A stretch of DNA of 64,000 nucleotides from Nemertoderma westbladi (taxonomy: Eukaryota; Animalia; Xenacoelomorpha), in the NCBI GenBank assembly GCA_032718475.1, contig JAUCBJ010003511.1, positions 12,910 through 76,909 on the forward strand, given 5' to 3'. This document shows, piece after piece, positions 24,454-37,364 of the stretch. Within the stretch, counting starts at the first letter, position 1. Each line of letters starts with the position of its first letter. The notes beneath the pieces are model-generated. The model did not search any database, had not been told where the DNA came from, and worked only from the letters and a program-made list of their open reading frames with translations. The position numbers and the translations under genes were made by a program.

Positions 24454-27400
24454 CATTGCCTTGTTGCTGTATGCCTGAAGCATTTCCGAATATATTCCAT
24501 TAGTGATGCCTCAATAATCACAATCAGGTATCACCAAACTCCGCTATTTGACAACCAACCAGTAGATCTCAATCAAGGCGAGATAGATTCTGATGCAGAA
24601 TTGGAGGAACTCTTAATTGATATCAACATTGATAATGAACATCAACACGATGACATATGTGACAATTCTGAAATAGTGATTCTGGAAAATGTAGAGGGAG
24701 ACTCAGATTGGGAGTATTTGGAAGATCTTCAGAACTTCTTGACAGATGAAAACACTCTCCCATCAGGAGATATACCATCTTCTGCAAATAGTAGAAAACA
24801 ACTGTTCCCTGATACTGGAGCTCAGCATTTTCCGAGCCACTGCCTTCTTAATTATGTTTATGGATTACTTCGTCGAGAACATTCAAAGCATCCAAGTGCT
24901 AAGAAAGCACAGCTACTGAACGAAATTGTAGCGAAGAATTCTGCTCCATCAACTTCTTTATTTTACCCAGAAGGAAATATATTTCCCACAACCTTCTGGT
25001 TTAATCATAGTGGATCGATTGTAGGTGCAATACCTCACCATATATTTAGCTCAATGAAAGAGGTAACAGATAGTAAATCATGCCACAATGTGTCGTCTAA
25101 CAAAGATATGATAATGATTAGATTGCGAGATGGTGATTTATCGACCTCCCATGATTTGTACTACCTACACTGGATTGCAGATATGCGCATAAATATGAAG
25201 TTAAATCACCGCCCATCTTCTGTATTTTTTAATCGTGGCTTAAAATTCCTTGATGAATCGCGTGCCACAAAAGTTAATATCCATGATACACCATTAGAAT
25301 TTGAAGAATCTATTAGTAGTAGAGTTGTAAAAGAACTAGCAGCTCTCATTAATAAATATCCGTGGTTGTATTTTTTCACTCTAACAGCTAATGAAAGTTC
25401 GACTATGGGACTTGCACCAATCATTCATTCAATGAAAGATTATTGTGAAGAAACTGATTTGGAGTATAGTAACATTTATGATGCCAATGTGGCACTCATT
25501 TGCAGTGCATGGGAACGAGTGGCACAGTATATGTTAGAATATATTGAAACCAGTCCTGAAGAAAGGCTCGGTCCAGTCCACCATATGTTTGCCCCTGTTG
25601 AGTTTCAGGACCAGGGAGCCAGAGGAAACAAGTGCCATTTCCATGGAGGCATTTCCCTATTCCCAGAACCAATCGAGATCACCATGGGCCTCATGACATG
25701 TGATCCTGACCGTCTGCCTTTTGGACCGGAGGATTTCCACAACTTGCTGGATGCTGGAATTGTAGATTTATGGGAGGATTTTCATCAAGCTAAAAGCATA
25801 GTAGAAATGGTAACAATACATAACTGTAAAGCAGCTTCTGAAAGGTGTCACAAAATAAAAGATAAAGATGGTAATAAAATCTGCAGGGTACCATCACATC
25901 CAACAAGTTCCTCTAATTGGTTTCAAGTAAAGAAAGATCTTTATTCAAAAGAAATCTATACAATACTGGAGGATATTGGACTTGCACAGAGAGTTCTAAA
26001 CAAAGAATATCAGCTGGAATGGGAACTGGCTCCTAATCTAACTGCCGGGCGTTATCATTATTCTACAAGGAGCCCTCCAACATATTTACCAACGATTGCC
26101 GAAATTGCCTTAACTCTGAGGAGCTCTTTTAATTGTCAGGTCACTGACCGTAAATTTTCCAGCTCTTATTTGTGTAAATATATAGGTGGTAAGGAAGAGA
26201 GGAGGCAAATAAAGGTGTTTGGTACAAAGAACCCTGATGTAGTAAGGACAGAAGTTGGGGAACAGGAAAACATTAAAATATCAGCGGTTAAAATAAACCA
26301 AACCATTGAGAAAGAGAAAGCAACAAATTCTCGTGAGATTGGAATACCAGATATAGCCAGATTTGCGCTTGGGTATCCATACACACGATGTACCACAGAC
26401 TTTGTTCATATACTCTTCCCCCTGAGTATCAATCTGCTGTTTCTGCAAATAAATCTAACGAACATATTGAAGGTTCATATGGTACCTACAATCGCCTCCG
26501 CTTTGCAGGACATTGCTTTCGCCGTGAGGACCAGCCAGTGCATAATCTTGTACTTTGGCAGCCTCATGGAGTGAATAAGCATGGTGGACAGCCCATGACT
26601 TTCTTGAGACGCATCTTAAAGGACACTGGCCTTGAAGATGCGGATGATCTAGCAAATGTCATGGGTGATAGGGAGTTGTGGCGGTGCAATTTTGTTGACA
26701 AGCCGGCACAGCATTCTTAAAAATGCAGCTGCAATGCAGCATGCCGATCCTAGTAGTAGTAGTACATCGCCAGCATTGAAACTAGGATCAATCTTCCTCA
26801 ATGGCATCACTTCTTCTCTCACAGCCACCAAAGGCTTATACGTGAGTATGTCTCATCAAATTATAATCTTGGTAATACTGAGCGGTTTAATATATGCCCT
26901 CCAGAAATTTCCATAGTAAATAAGCTAATTGACTATCATGAAATATTTGTCATCAAGAGTAAATTGCCGTCACATTTTGTAAATGATGATATTCACCAGC
27001 AGCCATTGATAGATGGCCTCAACAACCAAGTTAAAATATGCAGCTGTGCAATTACCAGGGCCATCAGCTTCATACAAAGTCAGCCAGAGAAAGAGGGGAA
27101 GACTGATATTTTGATGCTTCTTAATGATATTCAAGACGAAGATATTGATGGCAATCTCCACAAACATTTTGTAGTTTATAGCAAGGAAACCATTGCTGGC
27201 TATTGATACCCAAATTAGGTGCAAGTCATCGTATTAAATTTCTGTACCATATCATATTAACTCTTGGTCAATTCATAACAGAACTAGATGTAATGGAAGT
27301 CGCATCATTTCCAATGGCATTCCAGAATGCAGGCATAATCATTGACCTCAATAATCCAACACAGGATGAGGCAAACAATATACTCAGAAGATATGTTGAC

Positions 27401-28320
27401 GAGCAACTCCAGACATACTGCTTTGGTGCAAAACAGTTTGAGCAATACTTGAACAATGCTAAATCAGTTATAGACGAAATCCTTTTGTCAGAAGGACGTA
27501 TATCTTGTGATGTCCCTTCAGTATCATATATAGCTCTTCGTGAAGAAACATCAGAGCGTATCTATACAATCGAAAGATCGTGGAAATTGTATCTGGTGGA
27601 AACAAACCATAGCGATCTTGACACAAAGATGCACCACCTCCCAACCACTGAAGCTTTTATGGAGGCCACATTTGATGATCCCTTAAATTGGGATCCAGAA
27701 CTGCCTTCAGCGGCACACCAATCAATGGCTTCCCGAACTGAGCAAAACAATGCACTGCAAACCATAAAACAAGTTGTCCACAAATTTTTAAATTCATCCC
27801 TTAATCAATTACCCAAGTTTTTACTGATAACTGGAACACCAGGTTGTTGCAAGACTTTGCTCATACAAATTGCCACCTTGTATGTCATATCACTGGGACT
27901 CAATACTGCCCTTCTTTCACTGACAAGTGAACGTTCAAGAACACTTGGTGGATTCCACATACATATTGTATTTCCAGTCCCAAGTAAGAGTTTGAAACAT
28001 GCACATCCCCATATTCTGGCAAGGCAATGTATACAGTCTTAAAAAAGACCCAATGAAAGTAATCTTATTGAAACGTACTAATGTCTTTATATTGGAAGAA
28101 GTAGGGCTAATCTCGGCGGAATTTTATGGTATTCTAGATACTACAATGAAGAACATCATGAATAACAATCTACCATTTGGTGGTAAACTGCTCATAATGA
28201 ATGGGGACCAACATCAACTGCCTCCTATTGATGGTAGGCCCATCCATATTTATGTCAACAAACCTTATAACTTCCTTCCAGGTAATTCAGCTAAAACACT
28301 ATGTACGTGCAGCCTCGGAT
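24454..28320 (+). mobile_element. Helitron-like Rep/PIF1-helicase gene, copy 1 (disrupted)
   Basis: Rep motif I YFFTLTAN, motif II VEFQDQGARGNKCHFHG, motif III YLCKY. Helicase ITGTPGCCKT, LGGFHIH, FILEEVGLIS, PFGGKLLIMNGDQHQLPPI. Cut by Transib at the 5' side and by an RTE at 26491; several frameshifts. Confidence 0.9.
26491..26762 (+). mobile_element. 5'-truncated RTE-clade LINE with (TAG)n tail
   Basis: RLRFAGHCFRREDQPV...DRELWR is near-identical to the copies at 51792-53395 and 57706-58870. TACA flanks both sides. Confidence 0.92.
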
Positions 28321-28344
28321 ATGATCTGATATTCAGTTACAGTC

Positions 28345-28409
28345 CTGGGCCGAAACGTCCGGGCCGAATCGTCCGGGCCGAAATGTCCGGGCCGAAACGT
28401 CTGTATACC
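28345..28409. repeat. 15-bp GC-rich tandem (GGGCCGAAACGTCC) x4, probable subterminal repeats of a DNA-transposon end
   Basis: Direct reading. It ends in GTATACC and coincides with the end of helicase similarity. Confidence 0.55.
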
Positions 28410-28973
28410 TATTATTTCTACCTTGCCTGCTTGCTGCCTCTCTGAAGTTAGAGAATTCCCCTTATTGCTTTTTTGCGAGCTTATTGAATGGACCAAATCA
28501 ATATAAGCAAACTTTTATATCAATTTTAGTTAATAATTAATTTTAATAACTAACTTCGCTAAGTAATTTTTGTTGTTTCAAGTATGTATTTATCGTTTAA
28601 GCCGATATTTATTATTAATTTAAATTAGTAATAAATTATATTATATTTTTCGCGTATTTGGGTGAAAATTACGTATTTTCACTTTTCTATTTTACTTTAT
28701 CATATGCAAGTCTTTTTATTAGCCTATATTACGTATTTATTTTATTTTATTATAATATAATTAGATCAGTGTCAATGAAGGTAATGAGGTAAACTGATGA
28801 AATAATAGATATTTATTCTGTTATTAGGCCTACTAAACTTCTGAATTTGAAATAAGAATTGGATTTTCACAGTGGCTTAACAGCTTTGTTTTGTTTTTGC
28901 TGATATTTTTATGTCTTTTATAAATTCGAAATTCAAAAAATAAAAAAATTTATCGTAAAAGTATAAAACCCTT

Positions 28974-29010
28974 GTTCACCCAGCCATGCAATGGCAGGGT
29001 GAACTACTAA
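28974..29010 (+). mobile_element. Helitron-type 3' terminus (hairpin + CTRR followed by T)
   Basis: GTTCACCC-AGCCAT-GCA-ATGGCA-GGGTGAAC hairpin, then TA-CTAA|T. Same strand as, and ~0.7 kb downstream of, RepHel copy 1. Confidence 0.55.
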
Positions 29011-30329
29011 TGATAAATAATCTCAAGGGTTAAGTCCATTTATTATTATTAGGGTGGTGGGTGGGTTTAGTACTGGAAATATAAAACGATCAGAATAATA
29101 TTTCAAAGATCTACCGTCTACACGTTTTTTATAAATGTAATGCAGTGTAATTTTCATTTTTTCAATTTTCAATTTAATTTTTTTTTTTCATTTTCATTTT
29201 CATGTAAGTATCATTTAGTAGGCCCTAGCTTGCTAAATAGTCATATATTTCTTTGAATTGAATGTACTGACATAATGATATTTCTTTCGTAGGCATAACC
29301 TAGTTATAGTTCATATCCATACCTGCGGTATTTTCGTATTTCAAAAATAAGACTGTAACCTATATTATTGAGTTCTCGTTTATTGTTTTGGTTAGAAAAG
29401 CCCACCACTGTACCAGTAACCTGCTCCTTTCCGTTAGCTAAGTGTTAAGAAATCTAGTTTCGTTTATTGTTTTGGTTAGAAAACACCGCAACTGTAGTCT
29501 GTAACCTGTTCCTTTTGCAACAGGTACGCATATGAACGGTAACCCACAACCTTAACGTTTTATGTTTTAATTATTCCAGTATTCTGATAGTATAAATTTA
29601 CTGGTGTACTGTTTCGAGTTTATGTTTAAGACTACGCTACTCCAATTTACCATGGCAACACAATCGTCGCTGGCGATAAGAAAGAATTCCAACGTTCAAG
29701 TGCATGTGGCTCGCTTATTATCACCAGCTTATTCATGTGCATCTCTCACTTTAGTTCAGGACACTGGTGGCATTATCTCTAAATCCCGATTGCATGCACA
29801 GATACTGCATATCACGAAACCTTAATATTATCATTATAATTTCATTATTTTATTATTATGATAGATTTCATTATCGGTGGACGAAAAACCGGTGACAACA
29901 CAATCTTGGATGTTATCTGTAAGGCAATGCGGGCGCCACTCTAACTACAACGGTGGAATACTCCGCAACCATCAAACACCTTTCTTTACTCACCCAGTAG
30001 AAGCCAATGTTCGCTGGGTGGGCGCGGTGCACCTATTATGTAGTGACAGCATGCTGGGCGACGACGGATCAAACCTGGGATCTCCAAGACAGATGCGGAA
30101 GGTGTAACCACTTCATTGGCACATCTGGTTGGCTAGTTTATGCTGCTGCTGATAAGGGAATGTACTGTACATGTCAACGTCTGTATGGCTTAATTACAAG
30201 GGCATTATAAACAAATATACAATAATAAAGGTAACAGGCCAATACTAATACTGCCTAACTGTTCCACTGGTCTGCTACTGCATTTGTTCTAGCACCCAGG
30301 GCCTCCCCAAAGCGTTAGTGTGTTTGGAA

Positions 30330-31350
30330 AGGTAATGTTCACCCTCAGCCAAGGTTGGTAATAAACCTGCTCGAATAAATGCAGTTTTTAAATTTGGCAT
30401 GCAAAATACATCCATCTCTGTTTCAAACCTTCCCATACTTAAAATTAGATGTATGGCAAACTTTCATCTCAAACTTCTGGATTATCTGGTTTGATGGTAC
30501 CAATGCAGGGGACTGGTAATTTGAGGGGATATTTGCAGTTCTTTTAAACCAGTTTATTGTGGAGGTTATCATCTAATGCAATGTTATTTAACATAATTCC
30601 AACATTGGCTGCGTTTGTTGTGTAGTGGCGGTTGGTAGCAGGTAAGTTAATAATATATGATTTAACATATTCTTTGGCTACAGGTCTTACCTGCACCATT
30701 TTGTATTACCATCCACCCACTCTGTTGTAAGAGAGTTTGCTGACAAGTTTGACTCGTGGACGGATTTTTCAGCTTATTTTCGCGGAGTTATGCAGGCAAA
30801 CCAGGTCAGATAATCTTTAGGTGAGTTTATAAAAATAAGTTCTGGAGGATGAAATGAAAACACAGTGTCCAGTATCACCAACATCTAATTTTGGGTAAAT
30901 TGTTGTTCTGGAGGAAGTTGTAATAGTTGTTGCAGGACACAAACAGCTTCTATAAATTCACCTTCGGATCCGGGTAATGGTTCCACATTTACTTCAGCGT
31001 GAGCCCTCTGGTTTTTGATCATATTATACACATGTTGGTTCACCAGTGAAATTGTAGGTACATGGATAAATTCAATACCCGGTACAGTACGTGGCATATT
31101 GAGAATAGACCATATGCTCTCTGGTAGACCTATGTAACGTGCGTGTTCCATTTTCTGTTTTTTATCGTGTTTTTTGTCAGTCCTTCTTTGTGAATATTTA
31201 GGGATGTTATTTTAATATTCTGGAATTGAGTAGCATTTATGTTAATTTTGTCCTGCGATTGGCCTGCAAATCCATTGACTCCATTTATGGCCTCTTCACT
31301 GCCAAGTGATATCAAAGCTGCAAGCCATATCCGTTTTGACATCCGCATTT
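30330..31350 (-). pseudogene. Helitron-like Rep-helicase linker region, divergent copy 2
   Basis: Copy 2 vs copy 1: QFQNIKITS ~ EQENIKISA; ARYIGLPESIWSILNMP...EFIHVPT ~ SREIGIPDIARFALGYP...DFVHI; TVFSFHPPEL ~ TERFNICPPEI; HLILSMGRFETEMDVF...TAFIRAGL ~ HIILTLGQFITELDVM...MAFQNAGI. Confidence 0.8.
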
Positions 31351-31441
31351 ATGTTACATTCAATCGCTTCTGCAGCTACAACCCACATTGAGTTATGCGC
31401 GATGCCTTCTAATATCCTATCAGATGGTTTTGGAAGGTTCA

Positions 31442-31750
31442 TCATTGCCGACAACATGTTACCTTGAAACAGACCAGTCCAGAAACAGAAAAGTCCATAC
31501 ACATATTGAATGTTAATTTCTTAGTTATGAGCGCAGTGAAGAGGCTTGCCCGGAATGGGGCGTTTGTTGGAAGTATCGGAAACTGTATGAAAAATGCCCT
31601 GTTATATTCGGGCTCCAAAATGGTCAATGTCAATCCAATCCCTACGTCATCAAGTCTAAGAATCTTTGCAGACCTCGCCGAGGATATGGTAAATAGGAGG
31701 GCAATACGACCCCGACCCCAAATTGTTCCTGTACTTGGAGGAGTAGAGGT
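31442..31750 (-). pseudogene. Unassigned repeated gene (possible OB-fold), copy B
   Basis: GRIALLFTISSARSAKILRLDDVGIGLTLTILEPEYNRAFFI aligns with copy A. It lies directly upstream of RepHel copy 2 on the same strand. Confidence 0.55.
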
Positions 31751-32111
31751 GAGAATCGTGGAGTAGGTGGGTTGAGAATGTTGAGGTGTAGTAGTAGAAA
31801 CCGGAGGTGGAGAGGGAGGAGCTCGTTCTGTAGGTGTAAATAGAGACTGTCCAGGAGACTGCGGTTCTGGTAGAGAGACTTCATTAGTTACAGACTGCGA
31901 TCGGATAGGAGACACCGAATCTTGAGTAGTGCCTGTTTTTCCTGTAACAAATTATTGTATTTATTGTTATTTGTATTGTCGAATTATAAGGAAGGACATT
32001 ACATGAATAACAATTTTGAATAAAATGTACCACAAATCCATCTAATATCACATAACAATATAACATATAAAGTTGATAATAAAACTGAAACCTAGAAATA
32101 ATAGAAACCTA

Positions 32112-32659
32112 GAAATAGAAACCTTGTCCAACGGGAAATAAAAAAAGCTAAATCTGAATATTTGTACAACAAAATAAGTGAGAATAAAGATAATCCTAAA
32201 AGTCTATGGTCTACCCTAAAATCTTTAGGTTATAAAAACCTTAAATCTAAATCGAATATTGTTCTGCAAGATAACGGTGAGCTGATTCATGATCATACTC
32301 TAGTTAGTAATTTATTTAATAATTATTTTACTAATGTTGCCTCTAATTTAGTTAAGAAATTACCGTTATCAAGTAATAAATATAGTATAGGGTCCGAAAC
32401 TCTAAAAAATTTTTATTTAGAAAAGTTACAAAATTCAGAAAAGTTATTTTTAAAACCCGTTTCTGAGGATTTCGTTTTTAAAAATCTACTTAGCCTATCA
32501 GCCTCAAAAAGTACCGGTCTAGATCTAATACCTGCCCGTTTTCTTAAGGATGGTGCTGAAGTACTTAAAGTGCCTATTACTTTTATTATTAATTACTCTA
32601 TCGTAGATAATGTAGTACCAGACGAACTGAAATTAGCTAAGGTTGTTCCTCTGTATAAA
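32112..32659 (+). mobile_element. Internal fragment of the CR1-group LINE at 51150-56275
   Basis: Near-identical to 54050-54595 (NKISENKDNPKSLWSTLK...AKVVPLYK). Confidence 0.9.
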
Positions 32660-34411
32660 ACTTTACACGTCGACTTACATTGACTGAGATTGACAGATGT
32701 GAAATTAAATTAATTCGCCATTACCAATTGCGATATTTCGCACGCGAATTCACTATATTCATTATTCATTATATTCATTATTTATTATATTATATATTAT
32801 ATATATTATTATATATATATATATATATTATATATATTATATATATATTATATATTATATTATATTATTATGAATTCATTATATATAAGGCAAGGTCAAC
32901 CAATCAAGTCGTCACCAATATTGAGTTGGAGTCCGATAATTTATAATGGCTTAATTTGTCATAAATCTCGGCTTCAAAACATTGACTTTAATACTGACTT
33001 TAGATACCCAATAATAATACCACAACATCACGAATTACAACGTGCAATGATACTGGACGCACATTTACAACTAAAACACGTTTTACAACTAAAATAGTTT
33101 TCAATGTATTTCGTTATAATTTGTATTTTATTTCGTAAATTGCTCATTATTTGTAAATAAAGTTAGAATTATTGTTACATCTGTTTTAACATGATTCACC
33201 ACGGTGAACTCAACTGAGGGACAGATGGCAGATAATGGCAGTAATGTTTGATCGTGAATAGCTTTGGGGTAATTTAAATCACATATTAAAAAATATCCAG
33301 TAGATCCGTCATTGTCTAAATCTACCAAGTACTCGATTAGTTTTTCTGGAATTGCATTCTCTAAATATTTAATACTTACTTCTTTGAATTGTGAGGTGGG
33401 TAGTTTTTTACTTAAATTCCCAGAATATAAAGAGTTGAAATCAATATTAAAAATATGGCATTCTTCCTTAGTAGAATCATATGTACTTCTTTCGACAAAA
33501 TGAAACACCACCCCTAGTCACAATATTTTGTTTAACCTAAAGAAATTGAATGTAATAATGCATATACCCCAGGTGTAGAACCTGTTTATAATGCTGCAAA
33601 AGAAAAGTTGTCCATCGAAGGGTATAATGGAGGGTTCTTGGCAACAGCTATGGAAAAATATATATAAGCTTATTTGAACGTTGGAATCGTTTTGCTGACC
33701 ATCTTCATTATTAGATTCAGTATGGCAGTGATAAACCCTTTGGCAATGTGAAATATATAGGCAGCGAATAGAGGCACAAGATCAAGGAACTGCAGTAGAT
33801 AATATGTTACATTTTCATGGTGGAATTACACTCCACCCAGATTATATTATGAGCTATTATTATTATATTATGAGCTCGAGGAAGGGTTAGACAAACCTAA
33901 TATAAGTTTAAATATGGGCACTAGTCGATGATTCGAAAAGCTCGGAGACTCCATCCATATACGATAAACTTACGGTACGCCCGAGCCGGACAGAGGAAAC
34001 CGAATGCCATATCCGTTCTCAACGGAAGATAGTGAGTCGAATGAACAAAGAGATAAAAGATAGCGATGAGGACAATACTACTTCCAGCTACAGCATCCGC
34101 CCCGATGGTACGATATGGAAGTTCGTAAAGCAGGACGATGGTTACTGGAGACGTGATCGCTCTTGGAAACAGGAGCGGGAAAACGAGTAAGGGGAGAAAC
34201 GCGCCAGATTTATCAGCGCAAACAGTCGAACGCAACCAAATCCGACTCACGGCGAAATGAACAACCCAAATCTGGTAATCGCTACCACAAGCGAAATAAT
34301 CAATCTGCCCCTAAGGTGCTACTTAACTGCTGCTTGATAAATGCGCGTTCAGTTTGTAACAAACTGAGCGATCTAGAATCGCTGCTATGTCCACCAAATT
34401 ATGATATAGTA
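32660..34411. repeat. Segmental duplicate (copy 1) of 36010-37612
   Basis: Near-identical sequence. Copy 1 has an extra ~125-bp AT-rich insert (32755-32885); copy 2 has an 18-bp deletion near 36635. Confidence 0.95.
33230..33511 (-). pseudogene. Polinton/Maverick-type protein-primed DNA polymerase B fragment (duplicated at 36450-36720)
   Basis: IDFNSLYSGNLSKKLPTSQFK...DNDGSTGYFLICDLNYPKAIHD matches pPolB region II (DxNSLY...LP...GY.LEVDLxYPxxLHD). Confidence 0.8.
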
Positions 34412-36321
34412 TGCCTTATGCCTTTGATGTATGGCTCATTACTTCTAAGGCTAAAACTATGCCTACTAAGTATATGACGACACCACGCGCTGAGCTACAA
34501 GCAGCAACCTTGTCAACTACCATTGTAAACCTTATACAGACTGAACTACAATCAAGTTTACAGATATTTTATTGGACTGACGCGACGTTAGTTTTGTTTT
34601 ATATAAATAACGACATACTTGAATTTAAGACATTTGTAGCTAACCGTCGTGTGGAAATTTTAGACCGTTCAATAAAGGAAGATTGGCGACATTGTCCCGG
34701 ACCACAAAATCCAGCTGATATTGTGTCACGAGGAATGATGCCCGAGGAGTTCTGTAAACCGGAGAACAAGAAATTTTGGCAACATGGACCACAATTCTTG
34801 CAAAGATCAACACAACATTGGCCGCCATTATACGATAATAAGTCTAACACTATCCCTAAGGACGCAGAAATTAAAAAACCAAAGAAAGGGAAAGCAAAGA
34901 AAAAGACGACGGCGCAACTTAAGAAGAAACCAAAGGCGAAAAGGAAAAATATAACTTATAAAGTTAAAAACGGAAGACTTGCGAGCCTTTCTTTACCAGA
35001 CGTATCGCCAGACGGTCAACCAGACACGTTACTAGACGGTCAACCAGACATGTTACCAGACGGTCAACCAGACATTTCGCCAGATATGTCACCAGACATT
35101 GGTAACACATCGATACATAGTAAAGCCGCAGTTTCTCTATTGGAGCGGCCTTCTATTGACAAACTACCAAATTTGACACTCTTGAGTAACCATAAGTACA
35201 GTGAAACCTCATGTATTACAGATGTGGGTAGTACCTATACAAATGTAAATACAGGTGTTACTTTACGCTCAAGAGACATACCAACCTTCAGAAATTAAAA
35301 AACCAAAGAAAGGGAAAGCAAAGAAAAAGACGACGGCGCAACTTAAGAAGAAACCAAAGGCGAAAAGGAAAAATATAACTTATAAAGTTAAAAACGGAAG
35401 ACTTGCGAGCCTTTCTTTACCAGACGTATCGCCAGACTGTCAACCAGATACATTACTAGACGGTCAACCAGACATGTTACCAGACGGTCAACCAGACATT
35501 TCGCCAGATATGTCACCATACATTGGTAACACATCGATACATGTAAAGCCGCAGTTTCTCTATTGGAGCGGCCTTCTATTGACAAACTACCAAATTTGAC
35601 ACTCTTGAGTAACCATAAGTACAGTGAAACAAATATATACCTATACAAATGTAAATACAGGTGTTACTTTACGCTCAAGAGACATACCAACCTTACAACC
35701 TACGGTGGGACCTGGGATAAATATCGACAGAAAAATAAATTTACCGAAACCCAGTGATCCTATAGAATTTAAACCACCATTAAGGAACGACTCACAAAGT
35801 ACCGACAATCAAGGTAAGAAGACGATGAAGGACAAAATACTTGTAGACCCGGACGGATCAACCGACCTTCTAGACTTATCACTGACTTACCTGATGACGT
35901 CATAAATACTTATGTCGACCGTATTGTAAACCTAACAGATTCTTGGACAAAAGCATGCCGAAAATTAGCGTGGATTGTACGTTTTGTACAATACGTTAAG
36001 GGCAAACACGACTTTACACGTCGACTTACATTGACCGAGATTGACAGATGTGAAATTAAATTAATTCGCCATTACCAATTGCGATATTTCGCACGCGAAT
36101 TCACATCTATAAGGCAAGGTCAACCAATCAAGTCGTCACCAATATTGAGTTGGAGTCCGATAATTTATAATGGCTTAATTTGTCATAAATCTCGGCTTCA
36201 AAACATTGACTTTAATACTGACTTTAGATACCCAATAATAATACCACAACATCACGAATTACAACGTGCAATGATACTGGATGCACATTTACAACTAAAA
36301 CACGTTTTACAACTAAAATAG
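34411..36321 (+). mobile_element. BEL/Pao pol fragment (RNase H to pre-integrase region) with internal ~425-bp tandem duplication
   Basis: PRAELQAA, YWTDATLVLFYI, FVANR, WRHCPGPQNPADIVSRG, WQHGPQFL, YPIIIP..H. 34866-35290 is repeated at 35290-35690. Confidence 0.88.
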
Positions 36322-37364
36322 TTTTCAATGTATTTCGTTATAATTTGTATTTTATTTCGTAAATTGCTCATTATTTGTAAATAAAGTTAGAATTATTGTT
36401 ACATCTGTTTTAACATGATTCACCACGGTGAACTCAACTGAGGGACAGATGGCAGATAATGGCAGTAATGTTTGATCGTGAATAGCTTTGGGGTAATTTA
36501 AATCACATATTAAAAAATATCCAGTAGATCCGTCATTGTCTAAATCTACCAAGTACTCGATTAGTTTTTCTGGAATTGCATTCTCTAAATATTTAATACT
36601 TACTTCTTTGAATTGTGAGGTGGGTAGTTTTTTACGAGTTGAAATCAATATTAAAAATATGGCATTCTTCCTTAGTAGAATCATATGTACTTCTTTCGAC
36701 AAAATGAAACACCACCCCTAGTCACAATATTTTGTTTAACCTAAAGAAATTGAATGTAATAATGCATATACCCCAGGTGTAGAACCTGTTTATAATGCTG
36801 CAAAAGAAAAGTTGTCCATCGAAGGGTATAATGGAGGGTTCTTGGCAACAGCTATGGAAAAATATATAAGCTTATTTGAACGTTGGAATCGTTTTGCTGA
36901 CCATCTTCATTATTAGATTCAGTATGGCAGTGATAAACCCTTTGGCAATGTGAAATATATAGGCAGCGAATAGAGGCACAAGATCAAGGAACTGCAGTAG
37001 ATAATATGTTACATATTCATGGTGGAATTACACTCCACCCAGATTATATTATGAGCTATTATTATTATATTATGAGCTCGAGGAAGGGTTAGACAAACCT
37101 AATATAAGTTTAAATATGGGCACTAGTCGATGATTCGAAAAGCTCGGAGACTCCATCCATATACGATAAACTTACGGTACGCCCGAGCCGGACAGAGGAA
37201 ACCGAACGCCATATCCGTTCTCAACGGAAGATAGTGAGTCGAATGAACAAAGAGATAAAAGATAGCGATGAGGACAATACTACTTCCAGCTACAGCATCC
37301 GCCCCGATGGTACGATATGGAAGTTCGTAAAGCAGGACGATGGTTACTGGAGACGTGATCGCTC

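Noticed and set aside
28868-28876. CACAGTGG as the partner Transib TIR
   Set aside because: It is on the wrong side of the element and matches nothing beyond 8 bp.
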